A stretch of DNA of 64,000 nt, taken from NCBI GenBank assembly GCA_016842065.1, contig JAEPDS010000014.1:12132-76131 (forward strand). The letters are read 5' to 3'. The position numbers and the translations under genes were made by a program. Source of the DNA: Candidatus Thiodiazotropha sp. 'RUGA'. GTDB taxonomy: Bacteria; Pseudomonadota; Gammaproteobacteria; Chromatiales; Chromatiaceae. Each line of letters begins with the position of its first letter. Within the stretch, counting starts at the first letter, position 1. This document shows, in pieces, positions 19,012 to 27,508 of this stretch. The notes under the pieces are model-generated. The model searched no databases. It was given only the letters and a program-made list of their open reading frames with translations, and was not told where the DNA came from.

Positions 19012-22000
19012 TTACTGAAATTTCGCTGCACGTTTGACAAACTTTTCCAGGTCTTTTTCAGTAGCGTTCCAAGGTGTTCCCGGATGGATGCAGGCCGCCG
19101 TGCACTTCTCGGCAGCCTTCACAATATCCTTGAACTGACCACCCTTGGGATCGGTGATAATCGCTTTCTTCTCGTCGTTGTAGGCGAAAATTTTCGGATT
19201 GATCTCGATACACTCATCACAGGCTGTACATTCCGGGGTTTCGATCCATACCGGCTCGTAGTCCTCTGCGGCAGCGCCGTTACTTCCCGCCGCAGCGGCA
19301 GAGCCATTGCTGCCATTGGCAGAGATGGAACCTGCCAGGGCGTCCGCGTTACCGCTGGCCGCCATGGAGAGCAGGGTGGAGCTGAGGCGGTTGGCCATAT
19401 CGACCTTGGCCTGATCGACCAGGGCATCCACATCCACTTTGTTCATCTCGCCGGCGACACCTTTCAGTTGACGCCAGAACTGTCGGCGCTCTTCACAGGA
19501 TTTGGCGATCTCCTGCGCACAGATGATACGCATCAGGCGGTTCTTGCTGTCCACACCCCAGATGTAAGGGAATTTGCCTTCCCGGTCATCTTCATCCATC
19601 TCCAGGAACTCATCCATGGGGACCATGTCATCGTTCCAGGTCTCCGGAGGCGCCATGCGGAACTGCTTGCGGAAACGCCCTTCGGTGACGGCAAAATCGG
19701 CGAAGGTCATGGGTACTTCCAGTTTACGCGCTTCACCCTTGTCATCCTGGTAGTCGATGGTATAGGTAGGCCAGTCATCGTCCAGTGAAGGGTTGCCATC
19801 CAGATCGATACAATCCTCGATGGTCTCGCCCGCATCCGGATCGTACTTCATCAGCGGATAGGCTCTCGATTCCACAGCCATTTTTGACTGTCTGAACGCG
19901 ATGTCGTCGCCCACACCATGCTCCGGAGGACAGACCGCATAGATGTTGAACAGTGCCGGATGACGGCTGTTCAGGCCATCGATGTAACCTTCCAGCAGGT
20001 GGGTGGTGTTACTGATGGTGCCCTGCAGGACATAGGTTGTCCGATGGGCGATACCGATCAGGGAGACCTCTTTGCGAATCTCTTCCTTACCTTTCCAGGC
20101 TTTACCGTAAGGACTCATATCCGCAACCTGGCCGATGTAGCCGGAGGTACAGGCCTGGCCACCGGTGTTGGAGTAGACCTGGGTATCGAGTACCAGGACT
20201 TTCACCGGCATGCCGGAGGCGAGGACACGGGAGAGGTTCTGGAAACCGATGTCATACATCGCGCCATCACCACCGACCGATACGACCGGCGGACAGAGCA
20301 GCCACTCCTCTTCGCTGAACTGCTTCCAGTTGAACTGCTGGAAGAAGGCGCCGTGCTCGATCGCATTGTACTTGCCTGCCAGTTCCAGTTCCGCTTTACG
20401 AATGGTGGCGAAGCCGTTCGCCATCTTACGCATGTGACCTTCGAAAAGTCCCATCGCGACCGATGGGCTGTCCTGGAACAGGTGGCTGGCCCAGGGGAAC
20501 GGATAGGGGTTGAAGGGGTAAGTGGATCCCCACACTGAGGTACAGCCGGTGGCGTTGACAATACCCATCTCGGCGCGACCGTTGTTGGTCTCACCCTCGG
20601 TGTAACGCCATTTCAAATCTCTCAGTTCATCCAGCAATCGGGTTGCTGATTGCAGCCACTCACGATCGATGACCGTCTTCTCGTGATCGCTGTCCAGATT
20701 CTCGCTCAGCCCGGAGAGGGTCAGATCACTCTCTTCACTGCCGGACATCGCTTCCGAGATCGCTTTCGAGCTGCTCAGATCCACACCTTCGGCCAGTTTC
20801 AGTCGGATGTGCTGTTCCAGCTGTTCGATCAGTTTGTCAATCTTCTCGATCTGCTGTTTGACCCGGGGCTGCATCAACGCAGTGACGGTAGAGGTGAACA
20901 GATGGATGATGGTCTTCTCACCACAACCCAGGCAGGCGCCGTCACCGCAGGAGAGGGAGTTGTAGTTCTCCTTGTCCATCAGCAGGGTCTGCAGAGCGCC
21001 GATCTTTTCGTCCAGGTCGTCGATGCGGTTGAATGAAGGATCACTGGTTGGCAGGTCGAGCCAGAAGTTCCAGTCATCGCGCATACGCGTAATCGCGGCT
21101 TCGTCCTGATGGGTGGCGAGCAGTGCTTCGTCTTCACAGATGGTGACACACTCCATACAGCCCTTACAGGTGTAAGGGTTGACGGTAATGGAGAAGAGAC
21201 CACCACTGTTCTTGCTCTTCTTCTCCATGTTGTTCCAGTAGGGCTTGGTGATGGAGAAATCGAACTCACCCATCGCCTGCAGGAATAGACCGAACTCCTC
21301 TTCCAGGGTAGCCCGTGCATCCTCTTCAATCTCGGCGGCCGCTATGGTCTCGAGTACCGCCTGATCCAGGACAGTCCGCACATTGGCCGCTTCGCCGGCC
21401 TCTTCGAGCAGTGCACGCAGACGTTTCTCCACGTTGCGGCTCTCTTTACGCAGGTATTGGGTCGGACGGCCAGCGGTTTCGATGCGGTTGATCGCGGTGG
21501 CGAAAACATCGCTGACCTTGTTGACCAGGCCGGGGATCGCGCTGTCGGGACAGATGGTGTAGCAGTCGCCACAGGCGGTACAGTTCTCCGCAACCCATTT
21601 CGGGTAGTCGAAACGGATCTGGGTCATGTCGCGGAAGACGCCGGTAGAGGCTGGAATCAGTGACAGAGCCTGATAGGGGTCGGCCAGATTCTCATTACCC
21701 TTGCCACTGGCGTAGAAGCTGCCGGTCTGTTCCCAGAAACGGTGTACATCGGAGATGCCGCCCTCTGCTTCAGGCAGTTGCTTGAGCATCACCGGCATGC
21801 CGATCTCTTTCTTCACCGGCAGCTGAGCGCTGCTGCCGATGGCTTTGTTGGTGATCTCGTGGATCTCATCGAAGCCGCGGCGTACAACCCGCAGGTTGTC
21901 CTCAACCACCCGGCGACCCTTGCTGCCGAATTTGGCGACAAGTTGACTCTCGATGGCGCTGAACAGTTTCTTCTCGTCCAGTCCCGCCATCTCCATCAGC

Positions 22001-23949
22001 GGAGAACCGGCAAAGAAGGCGCCTTGGAAGGCGTTACCCTGCATACGCAGCTGTAATTCGGCGTCGGAGGCCTCATCTTTGGCGATCTTGAAACCGTCCA
22101 GATAGAAGACATGGATCTCGTTGTCGATGATCTGCTGCTGCATCCAGCGGGGGAATGATTCCCATACCTCATCCGCCGAACCAAGGTCCGATTGGATGAT
22201 CAGGGTACCGCCCTGTTTCAGACCGGCCAGTGGATTGGAGTGACCGAACACGTTCGCGTCCGGGCTCAAGACCACATCCACATAGTGATACTCACAGTTC
22301 AGCGGAATCGGTGTCGGCGCCGCAGAGAGGTAGTAGGTGGTGGGTTGACCCTTCTTCTCCGAACCATATTTCGGATTCGCTTTGATCTCGTATCCGAGCA
22401 GATCATAGAGCGTCATGACCAGGTTCTTACCGGTGGTGATGGCGCCCCAGCCACCGACCGAGTGCATTCTTACGGTAATCGAGCCTTCCGGCATCAGATT
22501 CGGGTTTTCCGAACCGCGCAGCGCCATCTCGCCGATGTTCGGATAGGCTTCGAGCAGTTTCTGGATATGGATCTCCTGCTTGGGTGTGTCCGCATCGCGC
22601 ACGAAATCGATACCCAGGTAGAAGAACTTCCGCTGGCTGCCGTCAGGCAGCATATTCTCAACCGCAGCGATCAGTGCCTCAGGCTGCAGGTCACGGGAAC
22701 CCAGCCCATAGGCGCCGGAGTAGAGATGAGGGGCATCGGCAAAGCTGCTGTAGCAGTCATACTTTGCATAGGGCCGTGCCAGTTTGCCCGCTTTAGCCTG
22801 ACCGTTTTCAATACACTTGGAGACCACCGAGCGGACTTCTCGCATCAGCGGCAGGTCTTCCGCAAGCGGCTGGTCGGTACGCTCCAGTACGCAGACACCC
22901 TTTTTACCTTTCAGGATCTGACCCAACTGGTCACCCGGGAAGGGGCGGAACATGGTGATGTCGACCACACCGATCTTCAGTTTGCGGGTCTTCTCCAGAT
23001 AGTCGGCCAGGCCATGGGCCTGAACAATCATCGAACCCATGCCGACGATCAGGTAGTCGGCTTTCTCAGTGTTATAGGTGCCGATGCGGTTGTAACGACG
23101 CCCGGTAAGTTCATAGAACTCATCCATCGCCTTGTCAGCAATTTCCGGGATGTGCTGGAAGAAATAGGGCCTCTGTGCAGCGGTAGTCTGCATATAGGCA
23201 TCCTGGTTCTGCACCGAGCCTGAGAGCATGGGGTTGTCCACATCCCAGATCGCCGGTACCCGGCGACGGGTCTCACCGAACAGCAGCTTCTGTGCCGGGG
23301 TGGGGCATTCGATCTCATCATCCGGACGACCCAGATACTCAGCGATCAGCTCCCGTTCAGGCACCTGCAGCGGTTCGATCAGATGGGTGGTCAGAAATCC
23401 GTCCTGGGCAACCGCAGCCGGAGTCAGCGACATTTCGGCGATCTTGCGGCCGATCAGGTTCAGATCGGCGGCACCCTGGGCGTTGTTGGCGAAGACCTGG
23501 AAAAAGCCGGTATCGTCAATACAGTGGAAATCGTCATGGCCGCAATGCACGTTGAGTGAGGCCTTGGTGATCGCGCGACAGCCGATGTTCAGCACATAGG
23601 GGAGGCGTTTGCCCACTGCCGCATAGAGGGATTCATGCATGAATGCAATACCCTGGGCAGAGGAGAAGTTGGTGGCACGCAAGCCTGTCATGGACATACC
23701 GGCGGTAACCGCTGCAGCCGCGTGCTCCGACTCCGGTTCGATAAAGATCAGTGACCGATCAGAAACATTGACATGCCCTTTGGCGGTCTCTTCGGCCCAA
23801 TATTCACCCATTTGGGTGGATGGGGTGATGGGATATGCACCAGCGGCGTCAGAGGCTTCCCTCTCACACATAATGACTGCCCCGTTACCGTCCATTGCCA
23901 TACGGATACCAGGGTATTTGAAGCTCTTCTCTTCTTTCTTACCGAACAT
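19012..23949 (-). CDS. por: Giant single-chain pyruvate:ferredoxin (2-oxoacid:acceptor) oxidoreductase, NifJ/Por type, with an extra C-terminal ferredoxin domain
   Basis: AYPITPSTQMGE; GGWGAITTGKN; CTACGDCYTICP and CKGCMECVTIC; GACLGCGEK; GGDGAMYDIG...LDTQVYSNTGGQ (TPP binding); C-terminal CTACDECI...KCTAACIH. Confidence 0.93.
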   Translation of the reverse strand: MFGKKEEKSFKYPGIRMAMDGNGAVIMCEREASDAAGAYPITPSTQMGEYWAEETAKGHVNVSDRSLIFIEPESEHAAAAVTAGMSMTGLRATNFSSAQGIAFMHESLYAAVGKRLPYVLNIGCRAITKASLNVHCGHDDFHCIDDTGFFQVFANNAQGAADLNLIGRKIAEMSLTPAAVAQDGFLTTHLIEPLQVPERELIAEYLGRPDDEIECPTPAQKLLFGETRRRVPAIWDVDNPMLSGSVQNQDAYMQTTAAQRPYFFQHIPEIADKAMDEFYELTGRRYNRIGTYNTEKADYLIVGMGSMIVQAHGLADYLEKTRKLKIGVVDITMFRPFPGDQLGQILKGKKGVCVLERTDQPLAEDLPLMREVRSVVSKCIENGQAKAGKLARPYAKYDCYSSFADAPHLYSGAYGLGSRDLQPEALIAAVENMLPDGSQRKFFYLGIDFVRDADTPKQEIHIQKLLEAYPNIGEMALRGSENPNLMPEGSITVRMHSVGGWGAITTGKNLVMTLYDLLGYEIKANPKYGSEKKGQPTTYYLSAAPTPIPLNCEYHYVDVVLSPDANVFGHSNPLAGLKQGGTLIIQSDLGSADEVWESFPRWMQQQIIDNEIHVFYLDGFKIAKDEASDAELQLRMQGNAFQGAFFAGSPLMEMAGLDEKKLFSAIESQLVAKFGSKGRRVVEDNLRVVRRGFDEIHEITNKAIGSSAQLPVKKEIGMPVMLKQLPEAEGGISDVHRFWEQTGSFYASGKGNENLADPYQALSLIPASTGVFRDMTQIRFDYPKWVAENCTACGDCYTICPDSAIPGLVNKVSDVFATAINRIETAGRPTQYLRKESRNVEKRLRALLEEAGEAANVRTVLDQAVLETIAAAEIEEDARATLEEEFGLFLQAMGEFDFSITKPYWNNMEKKSKNSGGLFSITVNPYTCKGCMECVTICEDEALLATHQDEAAITRMRDDWNFWLDLPTSDPSFNRIDDLDEKIGALQTLLMDKENYNSLSCGDGACLGCGEKTIIHLFTSTVTALMQPRVKQQIEKIDKLIEQLEQHIRLKLAEGVDLSSSKAISEAMSGSEESDLTLSGLSENLDSDHEKTVIDREWLQSATRLLDELRDLKWRYTEGETNNGRAEMGIVNATGCTSVWGSTYPFNPYPFPWASHLFQDSPSVAMGLFEGHMRKMANGFATIRKAELELAGKYNAIEHGAFFQQFNWKQFSEEEWLLCPPVVSVGGDGAMYDIGFQNLSRVLASGMPVKVLVLDTQVYSNTGGQACTSGYIGQVADMSPYGKAWKGKEEIRKEVSLIGIAHRTTYVLQGTISNTTHLLEGYIDGLNSRHPALFNIYAVCPPEHGVGDDIAFRQSKMAVESRAYPLMKYDPDAGETIEDCIDLDGNPSLDDDWPTYTIDYQDDKGEARKLEVPMTFADFAVTEGRFRKQFRMAPPETWNDDMVPMDEFLEMDEDDREGKFPYIWGVDSKNRLMRIICAQEIAKSCEERRQFWRQLKGVAGEMNKVDVDALVDQAKVDMANRLSSTLLSMAASGNADALAGSISANGSNGSAAAAGSNGAAAEDYEPVWIETPECTACDECIEINPKIFAYNDEKKAIITDPKGGQFKDIVKAAEKCTAACIHPGTPWNATEKDLEKFVKRAAKFQ

Positions 23950-24055
23950 GGAAACTTCTCTTTGCTAGGTTTGCAATTTACTTTCTACCGCTATATCGAT
24001 GAGTATCTATATAGAGGAAACAGAAAGCATAGGCTTAAGGTTTTGACTGCCAACA

Positions 24056-24934
24056 TCAGAACGGCAGTGCTTCTTTACGTACTATGCGCTTGGCTTGTTG
24101 CCCTTTGATGACTCCCAGGGATTCATCAAGCCATACAATTGCCCCGGTCGGGCAGCGCTCAGTAGCAATAGGGGAGGCTAGACTAATCTTGTTATAGTCG
24201 ATTACAGCCAAATTGTCTTGAATACTAATCAATCCTTCCGGGGAGTCTTTGACACATCTTTCACAGGCGGTGCAGGCGACTTCGCAATCGTTTTCTGCAG
24301 TATCACCATGTTCCAGATTCTTACAGGCCACCCACAAGCGATGGGCAGCGTCCTGAATTGAGAACAGATCCTTGGGACAGATATCGACGCAATCGCCACA
24401 AGCGGTGCATTTTGCGTTGTCCACGATGGGTAATCCGTTGTGGTCCATGGTGATCGCATCGAACTCACACACATCCGCGCAATCGGCCAGACCGATGCAG
24501 CCCCAGGTACAGCTCTTCGGGCCGCCGGAGACGACGGCGGCTGCACGGCAGCTCTCCAAACCTTTATAATGGGCGCGCATACGGGCGACATGATTGCCAC
24601 CGGCGCAGGCCAGACGAGCTACCCGTTTCGCCACATCACCACTCTCCACGCCCAGGTAGTCGGCGATCTCCTCGATCGCATCGGCGTTGCTGACGGTACA
24701 TTGAGCGGGAGTGACCTCGCCGGAGATCAGTGCCTCGGCGAAGGGACGGCATCCGGCACTGCCACAGGCACCACAATTGGTGGCGGGCAACATGCCTTCC
24801 AGGTCATCGATTCGGGGGTCTTCAAATACCCAGAGCTTTTTGTTGGCGAATACCAGCATGGACGAGAGTAGCAGGCCAAGAATGCCCATAAAAAGGATAG
24901 CGGTCGTGACGTTAAGTGCGATCTCAATATCCAT
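24056..24934 (-). CDS. rnfB: Rnf subunit B
   Basis: N-terminal TM, LPATNCGACGSAGC, CTWGCIGLADCADVC, CTACGDCVDICP and CTACERC. ATG 24934 preferred over TTG 24940. Confidence 0.94.
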   Translation of the reverse strand: MDIEIALNVTTAILFMGILGLLLSSMLVFANKKLWVFEDPRIDDLEGMLPATNCGACGSAGCRPFAEALISGEVTPAQCTVSNADAIEEIADYLGVESGDVAKRVARLACAGGNHVARMRAHYKGLESCRAAAVVSGGPKSCTWGCIGLADCADVCEFDAITMDHNGLPIVDNAKCTACGDCVDICPKDLFSIQDAAHRLWVACKNLEHGDTAENDCEVACTACERCVKDSPEGLISIQDNLAVIDYNKISLASPIATERCPTGAIVWLDESLGVIKGQQAKRIVRKEALPF

Positions 24935-24958
24935 TTCCAATACCCGATGTCATGCCTG

Positions 24959-24991
24959 TGAAACCTAACTGAAACCCTTTAGAAACCTTAC
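24959..24991 (-). promoter_or_regulatory. Three direct repeats at 11-bp period upstream of rnfB
   Basis: GAAACC begins at 24960, 24971 and 24982 (TGAAACCTAAC TGAAACCCTTT AGAAACCTTAC). Confidence 0.6.
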
Positions 24992-25314
24992 ATAGTTTAA
25001 TGTTGGGGCTAGTATTGGTCTATGGAATGGGTTAAATAGAAAGTATTAATATATCTAAATACTTCAATAGCATTTAAAAAATTAATGAGTACATAAGTGC
25101 TCTGATCGATTGATACCAATCCCTACACTCAACTCTATACCCAAGGCATAGGATTTCAACCATGCTGGCCTATCAGAAAAAGTATCGGCGGGGTGGGCTG
25201 AAATTTAACCTGAAAAAAGTGGTGTTATAGCATCTTTCAGCTGTTTTTCAGGTGCCCATTCCGTCTGTTGGTCTGAGTGTGCTGGTGATTGGGACGGTGA
25301 GTTGCGCCGCTGAC

Positions 25315-26001
25315 TCAAAAGGGCCACCATCCCGAGCCGTTTTCCAGTCTGCTACGGCAACTGGCAATCTGTTGACGATAGCGTTTTGCATTACTCTCGA
25401 CCCGGCGGGCGACCTTGGTCAGCCAGGGTTTTTTCTTGTAACTGCCTTTTGCGTAACCGCCGTGCCCCTCATGGTAGGCCAGGTACTGTCGGTACGGGTC
25501 CCATTTCGAGATGCCGAGTTTGCTGTGGGTGGTTTTCACATACCAGCCGATGAAATCCACCGCATCTTCGTAGTCATCCCTGTCTGCCCAGCGGTTACCC
25601 GTCTTCTCCCGGTACCAGTCCCAGGTGGAGTCTTTGACCTGGGCATAACCATAGGCGGAGGATTTTCGAAACCAGGGGATGAACCAGAACAGCTTCTCCC
25701 TGGGCGGCTTGGCATCGTGCCTGAACCTGGACTCCTGATGGATGAATGACAGTTGCAGATGAATCGGTACGCCCCATTTTTCAAACGACGATTGGGAGGC
25801 CTCGTACCAGTTACTCTTCTCCTCAAAGATATGGCAGGCGTCAGCGGTGTTTTTCGGCGGCGAGCTCGAGCAGCTGTTAAGCAATAAGAGTGAAGCTGAA
25901 AAAGCCACAGTAAGTTTTTCTTTTTGCTTGAAAATAACTTGGTACCTCAAGTTCTGCCTGAGTTGCTGGCCTATCCTGCAGGACTGCCGGGTTCTTGTCA
26001 C
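25315..26001 (-). CDS. Transglycosylase SLT-like lipoprotein
   Basis: Lipobox LLLNS/C; QESRF (catalytic Glu), SSAYGYAQ and YLAYHEGHGGY. The real start probably lies downstream of 26001. Confidence 0.85.
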   Translation of the reverse strand: MTRTRQSCRIGQQLRQNLRYQVIFKQKEKLTVAFSASLLLLNSCSSSPPKNTADACHIFEEKSNWYEASQSSFEKWGVPIHLQLSFIHQESRFRHDAKPPREKLFWFIPWFRKSSAYGYAQVKDSTWDWYREKTGNRWADRDDYEDAVDFIGWYVKTTHSKLGISKWDPYRQYLAYHEGHGGYAKGSYKKKPWLTKVARRVESNAKRYRQQIASCRSRLENGSGWWPF

Positions 26002-26123
26002 GTATAATAGCGCCGGTTTTGACCATGGGCTGAGCGTAACGATCCCGTTATCGGGTATTTTTGTGCCGGCCTTAACAAGAAAAACACGATTTTAGAAAAA
26101 CAACTTTCAGGAGCGATCAAATT

Positions 26124-26765
26124 ATGAAGCTGATACTTTTAGGTGCGCCCGGTGCGGGCAAGGGCACGGTTGCCAAGGAATTGACCAAGCTGGACGGTTC
26201 AGTTCAGATTTCCACCGGTGACATCCTACGTGGTGCGGTGCAGGCCGGCACAGAACTTGGTAAACAGGCCGAAGCCTTTATGAAGGCCGGTGACCTGGTG
26301 CCCGATGATCTGATCATGGGCATCATGGAACAGCGCCTGCAGGAACCGGATTGTGAGAAGGGATTTCTGTTGGACGGTTTTCCCCGCACCATTCCTCAGG
26401 CTGAGGCGCTGGGTGAACTGCTGACGAAGATCGGTGTGGATCTCGACTTTGCGGTGGAGATCGATGTACCCAGGGAGGTGATCCTGGATCGCCTGACCAC
26501 CCGTAGAACCTGCGAAGCGTGCGGTGCCATCTACAATGTCAAAAGCATGCCGACCAAGGTCGAGGGTGTCTGCGACAAATGCGGTGGCAATGTGGTTCAG
26601 CGGGATGACGAAACGGAAGAGGCGATCTCAAACCGCCTCGACGTCTATCAGGAAAAGACCGCACCGCTGGTCGGCTACTACAGCAATGAAGAGATGCTGT
26701 TGACCGTCAGCGCTACCTCCAGTGAGGCGGTAGTGAATGCTATTCAGGAGAGATTGAACGGCTGA
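26124..26765 (+). CDS. adk: Adenylate kinase with a four-Cys zinc LID
   Basis: LLGAPGAGKGT, ISTGDILR, FLLDGFPRT and C-x2-C-x16-C-x2-C. Confidence 0.97.
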   Translation: MKLILLGAPGAGKGTVAKELTKLDGSVQISTGDILRGAVQAGTELGKQAEAFMKAGDLVPDDLIMGIMEQRLQEPDCEKGFLLDGFPRTIPQAEALGELLTKIGVDLDFAVEIDVPREVILDRLTTRRTCEACGAIYNVKSMPTKVEGVCDKCGGNVVQRDDETEEAISNRLDVYQEKTAPLVGYYSNEEMLLTVSATSSEAVVNAIQERLNG

Positions 26766-26804
26766 ATAGGCCCCGGAAAGGTGCCGGCGTAATCAGCCCG
26801 TTGC

Positions 26805-26840
26805 AACAGCCAGCCCGCTCTCTGAGCGGGTTGGTTGTTT
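26805..26840 (+). terminator. Hairpin terminator after adk
   Basis: AACAGCCAGCCCGCTC-TCT-GAGCGGGTTGGTTGTTT, a long imperfect stem with G-U pairs ending in T-rich sequence. Confidence 0.7.
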
Positions 26841-26873
26841 CAGGGCATATTGGATTCGTTTTAACAGGCCCTA
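26841..26873. repeat. Orphan right terminus of the MITE family
   Basis: CAGGGCATATTGGATTCGTTTTAACAGGCCCTA matches the right TIR of 7666-7952 with a few mismatches. No left TIR found. Confidence 0.7.
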
Positions 26874-26931
26874 GCAGCGCTGATTGTGAATTCGAGCTAT
26901 TATCTCTAGATTGCGACGAGGAGAGGTTTTT

Positions 26932-27339
26932 ATGCCTGAGTTTGGTAATCCCTACATGCTCGAAGAGTATACCCTGGATGATCTGAAGCAGAACCCGATT
27001 CTGGTCTGGGCGATGCATGATACTGAGAGTGGAGAGAGACAGTTTCTCACCCCGCTCCTCAATACCAGGAATCTCAGCCCTGAATTCAACCATGCCAAAA
27101 TACTCCTCTCTGTGGTTGGTGAAGAGGTGTATGCCGAAGCCAGCTACAATGTGGAGGATCGTTCGATCTACTCAATACTGATCTGGGATGGAGACAACAC
27201 AGTCGAAGCAGAAGACTGCGAACTGGAAGCACCAATCACCTTGCAGGCAGTCCCCGAGATTGATGGCGAAGCCAATGTGGCATTCGTGCTCAAATCGAAG
27301 GAGGACTACTATGCCTACCGGGGCGATACCCCTCGATAG
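26932..27339 (+). CDS. Acidic hypothetical protein
   Basis: GGAGAGG RBS before ATG 26932; 135 aa, D/E-rich, no recognised motif. Confidence 0.7.
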   Translation: MPEFGNPYMLEEYTLDDLKQNPILVWAMHDTESGERQFLTPLLNTRNLSPEFNHAKILLSVVGEEVYAEASYNVEDRSIYSILIWDGDNTVEAEDCELEAPITLQAVPEIDGEANVAFVLKSKEDYYAYRGDTPR

Positions 27340-27508
27340 TAAAAATTCCACACAACAACAGCATTCTTGTGCGGAAATTGTTATGCTTGTCTGATTAACA
27401 GGCCCTGGTCTGTCAACGCAAGGATAATGTAAAATTCGACGGATTGGATTTCTGATGTAAATTGGATGACGTCTGTTAGTACCATCGAGAGATAGCAATA
27501 GCTAAGCC

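Noticed and set aside
10854-23223. Long antisense or alternative-frame ORFs (for example 10854-11513, 12712-13359, 18997-19788, 22192-23223)
   Set aside because: They lie wholly opposite well-supported genes, have no recognisable motifs, and are the expected shadows of GC-rich codon usage.
14265-24934. nif-associated Rnf1/NifJ nitrogen-fixation module
   Set aside because: No nif genes, rnfH, flavodoxin or recognisable sigma54/NifA site in the cluster; gene order and the ppsA linkage differ.
25105-25125. FNR box upstream of rnfB (TTGATACCAATCCC)
   Set aside because: Only the left half-site matches TTGAT-N4-ATCAA; too weak to call.
27395-27406. Fifth MITE copy
   Set aside because: Only a 12-bp match without the terminal TA; not listed as a feature.
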